Shown: positions 27,109 to 40,661 of the stretch, in pieces
Numbering within the stretch: position 1 is the stretch's first letter
How the letters are laid out: the number at the start of each line of letters is the position of its first letter
Assembly (NCBI RefSeq): GCF_963921235.1
Contig: NC_086108.1
Span: 55,492,001 to 55,556,000, forward strand
Reading direction: 5' to 3'
DNA length: 64,000 nucleotides
Source: Mobula hypostoma
Taxonomy: Eukaryota
Position numbers and translations under genes: made by a program
The notes under the pieces: generated by a model
What the model was told of the DNA's origin: nothing
What the model saw: only the letters and a program-made list of their open reading frames with translations
Databases searched by the model: none

Positions 27109-28334
27109 GGTAGGTATGCAACATCTTAACTCCAATAGCACAGAGCATTTGTCTTTCTTTAAAAATTCTTGTATTCAAATTGGTTTCCATAAATACCCAA
27201 CAGGAATCACAGGTTGCTGATCAGATTTTTTGAAGAATAGTTTTTTCTCTTGGATACAAGTAACTGGCATTTTGTTTTTTTCCTGAGAATTCCACAAGTT
27301 ATATGCACAAAACTAGAGAGTTAGGTTTTTGTTTGAAATTGTGAATGTCACTTTCTTGAGGGTATGTGAAAGATTTTGACAAGTAATTATGTTAACAAGT
27401 GAAAAGATTTGAATGTAATAAATTGTTCAGCTTTCAAATGGCCAGACAGCCAGAGAGTAATTGGCATTGCTATGACAATGATAATGTTTTAAGGTGACCT
27501 GTAGTGATGTTATTTATACAAATAGAACCAGAAAAAAATTGAAGAAATGTAAGGTTGTATATCCTTTTTTAAAAAAATCACCCACCGAAGTAGTCAAATA
27601 TAATTTGTAAGATAGAAAACGGAGTCTTGATAATAATGACTTCCATCGTTCAAGTGACAGAAGACTATGCAAGCTGATAAATTCAACAAGATAATTTGTC
27701 TTCATTTAAATTCAGACTGTTGGTAATAAACTTTGTTTTGTGAAAGGGTAGAATAAAGGGATCATAACTATTATATGTGAACAATGGTATTACAAGTCCC
27801 AAGAAAATATTGGCTACATAGGCTTCATATAATGACTTGGAAGATGTTTCCAGTCACATTTTGGCCATGACCAGTTCCTCTGAAAGAAACACGTTAGTTT
27901 AAATAATTAGCTATAATGATACAGAGTACAAAAAAAAAACAACTTGTTTAATGTAAATCGCATGGAATGGCAAAAAATATCCACTGGTGGTATGCTGTTC
28001 TAATTCACGGAAAAGGGTAGTAGCTGATCATGAGTTTGACTAATTACCATAGAGTAAATACTGAACTGAATTCCAGTGTTTTACAATAAATGGTGAAAAA
28101 TTGAGAGGTCAATTGCTTTAAGGAGTTTCATCAGACAAGTAGTAATTGTGATTGAATGGTTCCCACAGAATATGGTTTAACATCAATAAGCGCAAAATAT
28201 TTTCTAAAATTAAAATTAAAATTAGGTGGTCAACTGTGTATTCTGTTTATGAATTATGGTGCTAACTAGTTGTGTCAAAATTCTCTTTTGATCCTTTCTA
28301 TTCCCATGTCTACGTTCTTTTGAAAAGAAAATAC

Positions 28335-29265
28335 TTATTTGACTTAAATGACTTGGATAAAAATATATATTGGTGGATTAGTAAATTTGCAGACATTATA
28401 AAGTTTGATGCAGCAATGGGGAGAGTCAAGGGCCATCTAAAAATAAAGCAGGATATAGATTACTGATATGCATAGAAAATGGAAGGAGTTAATTCTGAGC
28501 ATGTGTGAAGTGTTGCACTTTGGGATGCCAAAAGTATGGGGAAAGTGTACAGTTAATACCAGGACCTTTAACAGCAATGAAATGCAGAAGGATATTAAAA
28601 TGTCAGACCACAGCTCACTGAAAGTGACCACGCATGTAGATAGAGTAGTAAAGAAGCACATAGTGTGCTTGCCTTCATTGCCCAGGGTATTAGTTATAAG
28701 AGCAAGGAAGTAACACTGCAACTATATAGAACTTTGGTTAGGTCATGCTTAGAGAAAGGTGTGCAGTTCTGATTGCCCCATAAGAGGAAGGATGTGGAGT
28801 CTTTAAAGAAGGTTCAGAAGAGGTTTAAAAGGATGCTGCCTGGATGAGAGGATGTGATCCAGATGGAAAGATTGGACAAACATGGGATTGTTTTCTCTGG
28901 AGTTCAGTAGGTCGAGGGGAGACCGGATAAAGTTCTATAAAGTTATGAAATGAATAGATAGGGTAGATGATCAGAATCTTTCTCCCAGGGTATAATTATC
29001 AATTATTGAAGACACACATTTAACATGAGTGGAGGAAAGTTTAAAGGGGATGTGCAGGGTATGTTTTTCTTTACAGAGTGGCAGATGTCTGAAACGGGCA
29101 AATAGGGGAACTATGAAAGCAGGTATGGTCTTTAAGGGGATTTTTAGATAGACATGTGAAATTTGCAAAGAATAGAGGATATAGATCATGTATAGGGAGA
29201 AATATGTAATCATATTTAGTGCAGACATTGTGAGCAAAGACATCCTGCGTTGTCCTGTTCTACAT
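28335..29265 (+). mobile_element. CR1 LINE 3' part, old
   Basis: DLNDLDKNIYWWISKFADIIK; CEVLHFG; SLKVTTHVDRVVKK. Confidence 0.85.
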
Positions 29266-29662
29266 TTATCTGTTTTCTTTTGGAATAGAGGTTATTCTCT
29301 GATACTTTTCTACTTGGATTATTTCGTCTGGAAGGATAGAGTCATAGCTCATGGCAGCTCAGAAACAGGCCATTTGGCCCATCTAGTCCATGCCAAACTA
29401 TTAATATGCCTAGTTCTATTGACCTGTGCCCACTCCATAGCTCTGCAATCCATGTAGTTATCCAAATTTCTCTGAAATATTGAAATCAGCAACATCCTTT
29501 GCACCACTTCTGCTGGCAGAGGATGCTGAGCCTTTAAAGACAGTGGGCAAGATCAAACACCTTAACAATGAGGTTAATGAGCTGAAAAAAGTAGCACCCA
29601 TGGAATAAATAGTGGAAAGCTTATATTTGTTTTTAAACTAAGGAAACATTAGATGTACAGTA

Positions 29663-29787
29663 AACAAGAGAAAGATGCTAGAAATCCAAGCAGCACACTC
29701 AAAATGCTGCAGGAACTCAGCAGGCCAGGCAGCATCTATGGAAAAGAGTACAGTCGACGTTTTGGACTGAGACCCTTTGGCAGAACT
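29663..29787 (-). mobile_element. Short Penelope-like hammerhead unit carrying the 3' tail
   Basis: TSD GATRTACAGTA (29652-29662 and 29788-29798); decayed ribozyme. Confidence 0.85.
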
Positions 29788-30769
29788 GATATACAGTAGT
29801 TACTTTAGGTAAAGAATTTAAAGTGTATAATGTATAATGTTACTTGGGTTTATAAACATAGCATACAATTCACAATTTTTATTTTCTTAAGGATGCAATC
29901 TCCTCTAAAACATAGACTTTATTCAGATGTGGATAGTGAAGGAATGTTTTAGAATATTTTCAAGAAGCCAAGTAACTTAGGCCAAGGTCAAAAATCTTAA
30001 TAATATGTCTCATAAATATATATTCTTTACATGCAAATGCAGGTGAATTAAGCAATAAATCACAATAGTTTAAAAAAAATTGATATATTTATACAATGCA
30101 TTGTTGAAGTCTTAGAGTATGGCTTGTAGTTTCAAAGCCCAATATATGGGAAGCAAAGCCAGAGAGAATATCACGCATAGATTACGCAATGTTTCCTCTG
30201 GAACAGGAAACTGTAGCATACAGAAAAAGTTGAGATACTGAAATACTTTGAGAAAGCAGGAAGAGGTAATAAACTATATTAATATTATTAAGAAATGTAT
30301 TGAGACTGCTTATATTTGTTTTAAAACTAAGGAAGCAGTAGTTACTTTAGATAAAACATTTAAAGTGTATAATGTTACCAGGGTTTATAAACATAACCTA
30401 GAAATGTAGGATACAATCCACAATTTTTTTCATAAGGAGACTGTTTCTGAATAAGGAGGAACTTATGCGTAAGGATAGTGAAGGATAGAAATGAAGAAAG
30501 ATCATATTTTAAAAAATGTTAACTTGGTGAGGGAGAGAACATTGGAGATGAGGTAAGGAAAAATTGGATAAATACTTCGTGATGAAGCATAGAATCCTAC
30601 AAGAGGAAGGCAGTTAGGATGCAAAGGACCATTAGATAAGTTGGACTAAAGAGATTCTTGAATTTTAAGCTTCTTTCACCCCTCTGATGCTTCCCTCCAT
30701 TATGCCATGTAAATACTTGCACTTTGAATAGCTTGAGCATATTTGGTCACAGGGTAGTGCAGCAAGGCA

Positions 30770-31030
30770 GAAGAGTGGTACAGCTGATGCCAAACTAAGT
30801 CCTGGCCTCCGGTATTTGCACATTTTCCCTGTGGGTACCCCTTTATGTGTTCTGGTTTCCTTCACGTTCCCAAGAATGTGTGAGTTACTAACTTGTTGCT
30901 GGTATGTGGGTGAGTAATAGAGTCTGAAGGCAGTTAATGGGGAAATAGGTGAGAATAAAATACGAATAATGTAAATGAATACTTGAAGGCCAATCTGGAC
31001 GAGGTGAGCTGAAAGACCATGCTGTATGTT
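30770..31030 (+). mobile_element. V-SINE, old
   Basis: tttgcacattttccctgtg...ctggtttccttcacgttcccaagaatgtg, a V-domain remnant. Confidence 0.55.
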
Positions 31031-31232
31031 GTACGGCAGTAAGTTGATTCTTTTTGAATATTTGCTATTTTATTTTCCATGCCGTATGTCATTTTCTTGT
31101 TATTTGCAGAATACGTGCCTTCTGTGCCTCCTTTGTTCCAGGATGTTTTCCTTCTGAATAAAATATTGTTAGAAGTTCTTGGAATTTAAAATAAAAATTT
31201 CTTTTCCATAATTAAAGCCATTCTCTGTTATA

Positions 31233-31537
31233 TAGGCATCCATTAGTCTCGTGAGACCATGGATTTGTGCCTTGGAAGGTTTCCAGGGCGCAGGCCTAGG
31301 CAAGGTTGTATGGAAGACCGGCAGTTGCCCATGCTGCAAGTCTCCCCTCTCCACGCCATTGATGTTGTCCAAGGGAAGGGCATTAGAACCCATACAGCTT
31401 GGCACCGGTGTCGTCACAGAGCAATGTGTGGTTAAGTGCCTTATTCAAGGACACAACACGCTGCCTCAGCCAAGGCTTGAACTAGTGACCTTCAGATCAC
31501 TAGACAAAAGCCTTAACCACTTTGCCATGCGCCAACA
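31233..31537 (-). mobile_element. Full-length tRNA-derived CORE-type SINE
   Basis: 14-bp TSD CATTCTCTGTTATA (31219-31232 and 31538-31551); A box tggcaaagtggttaagg, B box agttcaagcc, CORE-like gtgtccttgaataaggcacttaacc. Confidence 0.88.
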
Positions 31538-33414
31538 CATTCTCTGTTATAATTATGCACTATATAACTTTTTTTTAGTACTTTTAATAGCTTATTAAAT
31601 CCTTGCAGACTTATTTAATTATTACTGCAGATGTGTTGGATTGACTATTTTCACAAGCACTGCTAACAAATTACGTTTCGATGGCTTGGGCATTACAGAA
31701 GAATTTCTTTTTTTAGTTCTAGTAGTGGTTTGTTATCCAGTTATTTTTAGGAAAAAAAATGAAATCCAGCCTATTATTCAATGTATTAACTGTTTTATAG
31801 TCAGTGGGCAAACCAAAGGAAACAGTTTTGCTCCCAAAGAATGTATTTGTGTTAATCATCCAATCTGCGAAAATCTGTGGCTTGCTATGCATCCAGCTGA
31901 ATCAATGTAGCAATGAAATTGACTGTACACTCTTCACTTTTCTCTAAAGATTTTTCTTGTGAATTGTTCAAGTTGTTTTGATTGCTGAGTGTCGCGTAAG
32001 GAATTCTAGCTGTTGAATTTTTTTTGCCCCGGGTGTCATTTTAATATTTTCTCATTTTCCCCTCCCTCTCTAAAATGCAATTGCTTGCGTTGTAGAATGA
32101 ACGTAGCACTTTACTGTTCTACTGCACACGAGAAAACCCTTTGGCACTCCGTATACGCACTGCCCAATGTGCCAATCACATCTGCCTGCACATGATCCGT
32201 GTTCCCGCCTGTGTATGTTTCTGTCTAAACCCTTCTATAAGCACTGGCAGCTCCCATATACTACACCCAAGTGGCCACAAAGAGAAAGTCCTCTTTTTTT
32301 TATATAAATAAAAGACACATTGAAAATTAAATATACAAATTTTAGCACTCAGCAAGAATCCACATTTCCTCATAACATCATTTATATGTACTGGGGGAGA
32401 AAGATGATTGTGATTGAAAGAGAAAAGGACACTGGTGTTCTTTAGAAAACTCAGCAACAGCCTTTAATATTTCCAACTGTAGCAATACACGCAGCATCTC
32501 TGTGCAGCTCTTCTGTTTACAGAAATTCTCTCTTATGTAATAGACAAATCACAACCCAAGAGCCCAATTCATGGAATTACATTTGCTCTGATGGAACTTA
32601 CGTGGGAGAAAAATATAAAATACGAGTAAAACAGCAAATTTTATCTGTTTATATTATTTTCAGTGAGTGCTCTTGCCACATGCAGGTTTAATTGGGCAGG
32701 TTTAATTTAACTGTGGTAGGTGAATTTTGTTTCCTTGCAGTTTTGTTCTGTGAGTTTTCCATGTTATTTTCCTTTAGAAATCTGAAACAGGGCCAACAAG
32801 TTTAAGTTGAAGTTGTAAATCCAAATGCCCGCTAATACTTGTTACCAGTTGCATTATTAAGCTGCCTTACCTTTATTTGTAATGTGCTTAACAGTACACG
32901 TCTCCTTTCAAACTGAAGGCTGGAAGGTGTTCAGCCACAGCAGACATTTGACTTTAAAAGCAGGTACAGATTTCCAAAGCAAATCTCTACAGTACCCCGC
33001 CCCCCAAGAAATAACATCTGCATTATTCACATTGATGTAAGTCCTATATGAAAATATCTCCAATGATACTGTGAAGTTCAATGTGAAATAGGGTTTCATA
33101 ATATGAAAAATCACAATGCAAATGTTTTTCTCGGGGCACAGCTGCTTCTCAATGCAGGGGTCATCATAGTATCAAGTTATCAAAGAAAAAGTAATATCCT
33201 TTCTTCCACTACAAATTCTAAAAACACCTACTGAATAAGTTGGTCAAAACATACAGTAGTTATCATTTAAATTTGTTCAATACAAATGATGCATTGAACA
33301 AATTATTTTCCCCAGTGTAAAGTTAAACTTGGGGCTGCCATCTGACTGCTGCGTGATGTGATTGAGGGAAAATAATCAAATAGTTGATCAAATATCAAAG
33401 AAGGGCTTTAATGA

Positions 33415-33750
33415 GACATAAGACCATAAGATATAGGAGAAGAAGTAGGCCATTCGGCCCATCGAGTCTCCTCCACCATTCAATCATGGGCTGATCCACT
33501 TCTTCCAGTCATCACCATTCCCCTGCCTTCTCCCCATACCTTTTGATGCCCTGGCTAATCAAGAACTTATCTATCTCTGCCTTAAATACATCCAATGACT
33601 TGGCCTCCACAGTCACTCGTGGCAACAAACTAAAGTAATTTCTCCGCATCTCTGTTCTAAACGGACGTCCTTCAATCCTGAACTCGTGCCCTCTTCTCCT
33701 AGACTCCCCTACCATGGGAAATAACTTTGCCATATCTAATCTGTTCAGGC
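33415..33750 (-). mobile_element. CR1 3' end
   Basis: LFPMVGESRRRGHEFRIEGRPFRTEMRRNYFS; tail tcttatggtcttatgtc. Confidence 0.9.
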
Positions 33751-34853
33751 ATCATCATCGATAGAGTGGATGACTTATTATAAAATTTTTGTTACATCGA
33801 GAAAAGATTAATGAAATGGAAAACTAATGAAATGGAAAATCAATGAATGGAAAATTGCAGGTAGTGCATCCAGAATATTCCATACGCCATTCATAGCATG
33901 CAAAGCCTTTGGTAGTGATGCTAATTTAGGGGCAAGTTTTGGTCTGTACTTCTACTATAACACACATTGATTTTTTTTTTCTGAATCTATTACTTGTAGT
34001 TTGGACGCATTAGTCAACAATGTTTAGATGAATTTTCAACAACATTGAAACAAACATCAAAATTCAAGCTATATTCTTTGTCTGACTATTTTCCTAACTT
34101 TTGTTTGACAACTTTAGAATAACTTGTATTCTTATCTTTTGTCCTCCTGCTATTGTCACTTTGGTAATAGCATTACAATATTAGAGGACTAATTTAAAAT
34201 ATATAGGAATTAAACAAACAATCTAGCAGATAGGACTGCATTTGACTATGTACCAGGAAAAAAATTATTTCTTGTATCTCTTACCAATAGCAGAAAAAAG
34301 TATCTATGTTCATTACGTAGACAGAAGCTAATGTCATTATTTTCATAACCATGTGTCATAGCAAGATAAATACAACTGAGATGCAGCTGGTGGTTCTATG
34401 AAATTTATGTCCAGGATACAGTTTGAGTGGTTTCTTTCTGGGTACGTTTAAGTGGCATGTCCGAATGAGATTACAAGGCAACCACATTATTTTAAAAACA
34501 ATTCTGACGAGGTGATGAAGTACAAAGCAATTTCAAGCTCCTCCTAAAATAGGCATCATGAAATGGAAGAATCTATTCTTGAGGTGTTTAAAAGCGGGAA
34601 ACGCTGCAATGCATCAGCTCTGCTTGCACATTCTTGGCAAGTTGTAATGACAGGTGGGCTTAATGCTGCAGCTCATGTAAAAGGCTAGAGGGACATCTTG
34701 AAGTTTGACCGGTTACCTATGTGTGTCTGCATTTCTAGTTGTGATTAAAATCTTCATGTGTAGCAACTTTAGTGAGTTACTGAAATATGATTGTTAATTA
34801 GGTTTTACTCACCCCACAAACAACTAATTGCAAAATTCTTACTACTATCAATT

Positions 34854-37800
34854 TAGAACATAGAATATAGAATAGTACAGCACAGTACAGGCCCTTTGGC
34901 CCACTATGTTGTGCCGACCTTTAAACCCCGCCTCCCATATAACCCCCCCACCACCTTAAATTCCTCCATCTACTTGTCTAGTAGTCTCTTAAATTTCACT
35001 AGTGTATCTGCCTCCACCACTGACTCAGGCAGTGCATTCCATGCACTAACCACTCTCTGAGTAAAAAAACTTTCCTCTAATATCCCCCTTGAACTTCCCA
35101 CCCCTTACCTTAAAGCCATGTCTTCTTGTATTGAGCAGTGGTGCCCTGGGGGAAGAGGCTCTGGCTGTCCACTCTATCTCTTCCTCTTAATATCTTGTAT
35201 ACCTCTATCATGTCTCCTCTCATCCTCCTTCTCTCCAAAGAGTAAAACCCTAGTTCCCTTAATCTCTGATTATAATGCATACTCTCTAAGCCAGGCAACA
35301 TCCTGGTAAATCTCCCCTATACCCTCTCCAATGCTTCCACATCCTTCCTATAGTGAGGTGACCAAAACTGGACACAGTACTCCAAGTGTGGCCTAACCAG
35401 AGTTTTATAGAGCTGCATCATTACCTCGCGACTCTTAAACTCTATCCCTCGACTTATGAAGGCTAATACCCCATAATCTTTCTTAGCTACCCTATCTACC
35501 TGTGAGGCAACTTTCAGGGATCTGTGGACATGTACCCCCAGATCCCTCTGCTCCTCCACACTACCAAGTATCCTGCCATTTACTTTGTACTCTGCCTTGG
35601 AGTTTGTCCTTCCCAAGTGTACCACCTCACACTTCTCTGGGTTGAACTCTATCTGCCACTTCTCAGTCCACTTCTGCATCCTATCAATGTCTCTCTGCAA
35701 TCTTAGACAATCCGCTACACTATCCACAACACCACCAACCTTTGTGTCGTTTGCAAACTTGCCAACCCACCCTTCTACGCCCACAACCAGGTTGTTAATA
35801 AAAATCACGAAAAGTGGAGGACCCAGAACCGATGCTTGTTGGACACCACTAGTCACAACCCTCCAATCCGAATGTACTCCCTCCACCACGACCCTCTGCC
35901 TTCTGCAGGCAAGCCAATTCTGAATCCACCTGGCCAAACTTCCCTGGATCCCATGCCTTCTGACTTTCTGAATAAGCCTACAGTGTGGAACCTTGTCAAA
36001 TGCCTTACTAAAATCCATGTAGATCACATCCACTGCACTATCCTCATCTATATGCCTGGTCACCTCCTCAAAGAACTCTATCAGGCTTGTTAGACACGAT
36101 TTGCCCTTCACAAAGCCATGCTGACTGTCCCTGATCAGACCATGATTCTCTAAGTGCCCATGGATCCTATCTCTAAGGCTATGTCCACACTAGACTAGAT
36201 AAATCCGTAACCAAAGCTTTTTCTCTTTGTCTTAACCCTTCATCCACACTAAAACGGCGTTTTCATCCCCCAAAAATGGAGATTTTCAGAAATGGTCCGC
36301 AGAGTGAATAAATCTGAAAGTGCCTAATATCCGTTGTAGTGCGTACGGGGTAACCGGAGCTTTTTAAAACCGCTGTCATGACGTGCCGCAACAGATGGCG
36401 ACAGCGCGGCATTTCATTGTTTTCTTGAATGCAACCCCCCACACAACCTAACAATTTCAGAACAGACAACTATGAGACTGAAGCCAGAAGAGTTAGAAAG
36501 ATACTCACCAAATACTTTGACCCATAGCTTACTGAATAAATAAGTACACTCACTTTGCCCTGTTTTCTGTCCTTCCTTGTATAAAGGTGGTTTTCCTATT
36601 TATGCGAGTACTTCTCTGACAATAGATGTGTAACAGCCTAATGTAACATTGTATGGAAATACAAGATAACACTGATGCAGACATGCTTTATACATTTAAC
36701 AAGGTGCTTTATTAATGCAACAGAGTTAGTTAGTTTTTCAATGTTCGTCGTCAGCCGGGTCATACTGTCCATGAACTCCCTGTCGGTTGCCTCCATACGC
36801 TCCAGTATTTGTTTCTCTTTTAGTTTTAAGCCCTCCTGTGCGAGAGCCAAGAGCAATTCCTTTTAAGTTTTTCTACTCTGTAACCGGACAAATAGGCACC
36901 AAGTATACTGTTTCCTCTTCGCTTGTTTTCTGTGTGTCCTGCATATGCCCAGTTGGAGGAGATTCGCCCAAATATCCGTTCTAATGTGGACGGAGATATT
37001 TTGAAAAACGCTTGGTGTGGACGCCTATAGCTTTTACGCGGAACTGGCATTATCAAAATTATCTGGTCTAGTGTGGACGTAGCATGAGAATCTCTTCCAA
37101 CAGCTTTCCCACCACAGAAGTAAGGCTCACTGGTCTATAATTACCCGGACTATCCCTACTACCTTTTCTAAACAAGGGGACAACATTCACCTCCCTCCAA
37201 TCCTCCGGTACAATTCCCTTGGACAACGAGGACATAAAGATCCTAGCCAGAGGCTCAGCAATCTCTTCCCTTGCCTCGTGCAGCAGCCTGGGGAATATTC
37301 CGTCAGGCCCTGGGGACTTATCCGTCCTAATGTATTTTAACAACTCCAACACCTCCTCTCCCTTAACGTCAACATGCTCCAGAACATCAACCTCACTCAT
37401 ATTGTCCTCACCGTCATCAAGTTCCCTCTCATTGGTGAATACCGAAGAGAAGTATTCATTGAGGACCTCGCTCACTTCCACAGCCTCCAGGCACGTCTTC
37501 CCACCTTTATCTTTAATCGGTCCTATCTTCACTCCTGTCATCCTTTTGTTCTTCACATAATTGAAGAATGCCTTGGGGTTTTCCTTTACCCTACTCGCCA
37601 AGGCCTTCTCATGCCCCCTTCTTGCTCTCCTCAGCCCGTTCTTAAGCTCCTTTCTTGCTACCCTATATTCCTCAATAGACCCATCTGATCCTTGCTTCCT
37701 AAACCTCATGTATGCTGCCTTCTTGCACCTGACTAGATTTTCCACCTCACTTGTCACCCATGGTTCCTTCACCCTACCATTCTTTATCTTCCTCACCGGG

Positions 37801-39040
37801 ACAAATTCATCCCTAACAGCCTGCAAGAGATCCCTAAGCATCGACCACATGTCCATAGTACATTTCTCTGCAAAAGCAACATCCCAATTCACACCTGCAA
37901 GTTCTAGCCTTATAGCCTCATAATTTGCCCTTCCCCAATTAAAAATTTTCCTGTCCTCTCTCATTCTGTCCTTTTCCATGATAATGTTAAAGGCCAGGGA
38001 GCGGTGGTCACTGTCTCCCAGATGCTCACCCACTGAGCGATCTGTGACCTGACCCGGTTTCTTACCTAATACTAGATCTAGTATGGCATTCCCCCAGTTG
38101 GCTTGTCGACATACTGTGACAGGAGTCCGTCCTGGACACACTTAACAAACTCTGCCCCAGCTAAACCATTGGAACTAGTCAGGTGCCAATCAATATTAGG
38201 GAAGTTAAAGTCACCCATGATAACAACCCTGTTATTTTTGCACCTTTCCAAAATCTGCCTCCCAATCTGCTCCTCGACATCTCTGCTGCTACCAGGGGGC
38301 CTACAGAATATTCCCAATAGAGTATCTGCTCCCTTCCTGTTCCTGACTTCTACCCATACTGACTCAAAAGAGAATCCTGCTACATTACCCACCCTTTCTG
38401 TAGCTGTAATAGTATCCCTGACCAGTAATGCCACCCCTCCTCCCCTCCCCCCCCCCACCCCTATCACTTTAAAGCACTGAAATCCAGGAATATTGAGAAT
38501 CCAATTTATTCCTGCCCTGGTGCCAGCCAAGTCTCTGTAATGGCCACTACATCATAATTCCATGTGTGTATCCAAGCTCTCAGTTCATCACCTTTGTTCC
38601 TGATGCTTCTTGCATTGAAGTACGCGCACTTTAGCCCTTCTGCCTTACTACCTTTACACACTTTATTCTGCTTCTCTTTCCTCAAAGCCTCTTTATATGT
38701 TAGATCTGGCTTTACTCCATGCACTATACTTGCAGTTCTCGCATGACCTTTATCCTCCTCCACCTCACTATCTGCTCTAACACTCTGGTTCCCCTCCCCT
38801 GCAAATCTAATTTAAACCACCCCCTCCCCAGAGCAGCATTAGCAAACCTTCCCACAAGGATGTAAGCCCCCCTCCAGTTCAGGTGCAACCCGTCCTGTCG
38901 GAACAAGTCCCATCTTCCCTGGAACAAGGCCCAATTGTCCAGAAACATGAAGCCCTCCCTCCTGTACCAACTCCTTAGCCACATAGTTAGCTGCATTATC
39001 TTCCTATTTCTAGCCTCACTAGCACGTGGCACGAGTAGCA
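34854..39040 (-). mobile_element. Near full-length CR1 LINE: ORF1 esterase C-terminus plus ORF2 (APE endonuclease and RT), frameshifted and split by a Harbinger
   Basis: ORF1 WLRSWYRREGFMFLDNW...DGLHLNWRG; endonuclease YFNARSIRNK, VVAITETWL, VIMGDFNFP, GDSDH; RT KSPGPDG, NYRPVSLTS, DFSKAFDKVPH, FANDTK; tail ttctatattctatgttcta. Confidence 0.97.
36177..37084. mobile_element. PIF/Harbinger non-autonomous DNA transposon inserted in CR1 ORF2
   Basis: 26-bp TIRs GGCTATGTCCACACTAGACTAGATAA / TTATCTGGTCTAGTGTGGACGTAGCA; TAA before and TGA after; CR1 sequence resumes across the insertion. Confidence 0.88.
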
Positions 39041-39489
39041 GTCCTATGATTGAAATTGTTTTGCCAACATTTTTATTTTATTGTTATGTTAAAACAAATG
39101 GCAATTGTAGTTTTAAATTTCCTTTCCAAACACTGCTGAAGATGCAGCAGAAAATGAAAAACAAAAATAAGTAACTTGCATTTAAAAGGAAGATCAATAA
39201 TGCTTTGTTCAGTAATAGTGTTGTTTTAATTACAAGATCACCACATTTATCATGTAACTTTCATTTTAGAATTAGTGAACACCAGTAAATATCCATTTAA
39301 GAAAGAATAAATAGTTGATATAATTTTTATGCTATAACGAAGCATCTTGTAACATATTGCCAGCACAGAAAGAAAAATATAAATTGATGGTCTTTCTTCT
39401 CTAGAAAAATATATTCTCCTTATTTGGTAATGATACCACTTTATTCACTTTAAGTGTATTATTTCACAGTTTTAATTCATTTCATATTC

Positions 39490-40100
39490 ATTTCCAGAGG
39501 ACTATAATGTAAAAGCAAGGACATAATGCTGAGGCTTAATAAGGCATTGGCAATACTACATTTGGAGTATTCTGAGCAGTTTTGGGCTCTATATCTGAGA
39601 AAGGATGTGCTGGGATGGAGAGGTTCCGGAGGAGGTTTACAACAATGATTCTGGGAATTAAAGGATTAATGTAGGAGGAGTGTTTGGCTCTTTGCCTGAA
39701 CTTGCTGGTGTTTAGAAGACTGATGGAGAATCTAATGGAAACCTACTGAATATTGAAAGGCCGAGATAGAATGGACATGGAAAGCATGTTTCAATAGTGG
39801 GAGAGTCTAGGACCAGAGGACACAACCTCAATAGAAAGATGTCCCTTTAGAATAAAAATGAGGAGGAATTTCTTTAGCCAGAAGATGGAGAATCAGTGGA
39901 ATTCATTGTCACACACTGCTGTGGAAGCCAAGTCATTGGGTCTACTTAAAGTTGAGTTTAATAGGTTGTTGATTAGTAAGGGCATCAAAGGATACGGGCT
40001 GAAGTATAGGGGAGATCGAAAATAAATCATCCCTGATCGAATGGTGGAGCAAACTCAATGGGCCGAATGGCATAATGCTGTTCCTATGCCTTGTGGTCCC
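39490..40100 (+). mobile_element. CR1 3' fragment
   Basis: Collinear with 6095-6680 (tccagaggactataat...gagtattctgagcagttttgggc...gttcctatgcc). Confidence 0.9.
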
Positions 40101-40661
40101 ATACACTTCATTCAATACTCCAGTTCATTACTGCTCTCTTAAAATGTTCTCAGGAACTCAGCTTCCTCCTGCTGTTACAGTTTCATGTGAAAATGAATAA
40201 TAATTGTGAGGTCAGATAAATCTTCAATGAAAGGAGCATTACAAATATTTACTTCTGTGTTTTGAAAGGTAGTAAAATTTAGATTGGATTTTGTGTCCCT
40301 GAACTAAAAATATTATGTCGAATGTAAATAATCTTGTTCAAAGAATGTGACAGACATTGTTGCAGGTCTTTCCTCTCAAATTATTTTGCAAATAAAAGTG
40401 CAAACGCGTGCTGGGATTAACTGGCACTATTTAACGCCCTTCTTATAATTGTAGTACTCCCATCACACTGAATTACTTGACAACCAAGTCATCCTGTGAA
40501 ATAGATCAAAAATATATAGCTATTTTCCATTGTTCTGTTTCCAACATTAAAAACAAGTGTTCAGGATGAGCAGTGAAGGGATTGTCTAGAGGAAAATGTT
40601 GGTTTCCATTCAGCCACACTCATCAGCACTCTTTCCCCAGAGCTCCATCTCGCCTCCCTAT

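Noticed and set aside
31440..31537. tRNA gene
   Set aside because: A and B boxes belong to a TSD-flanked SINE head; no cloverleaf evident.
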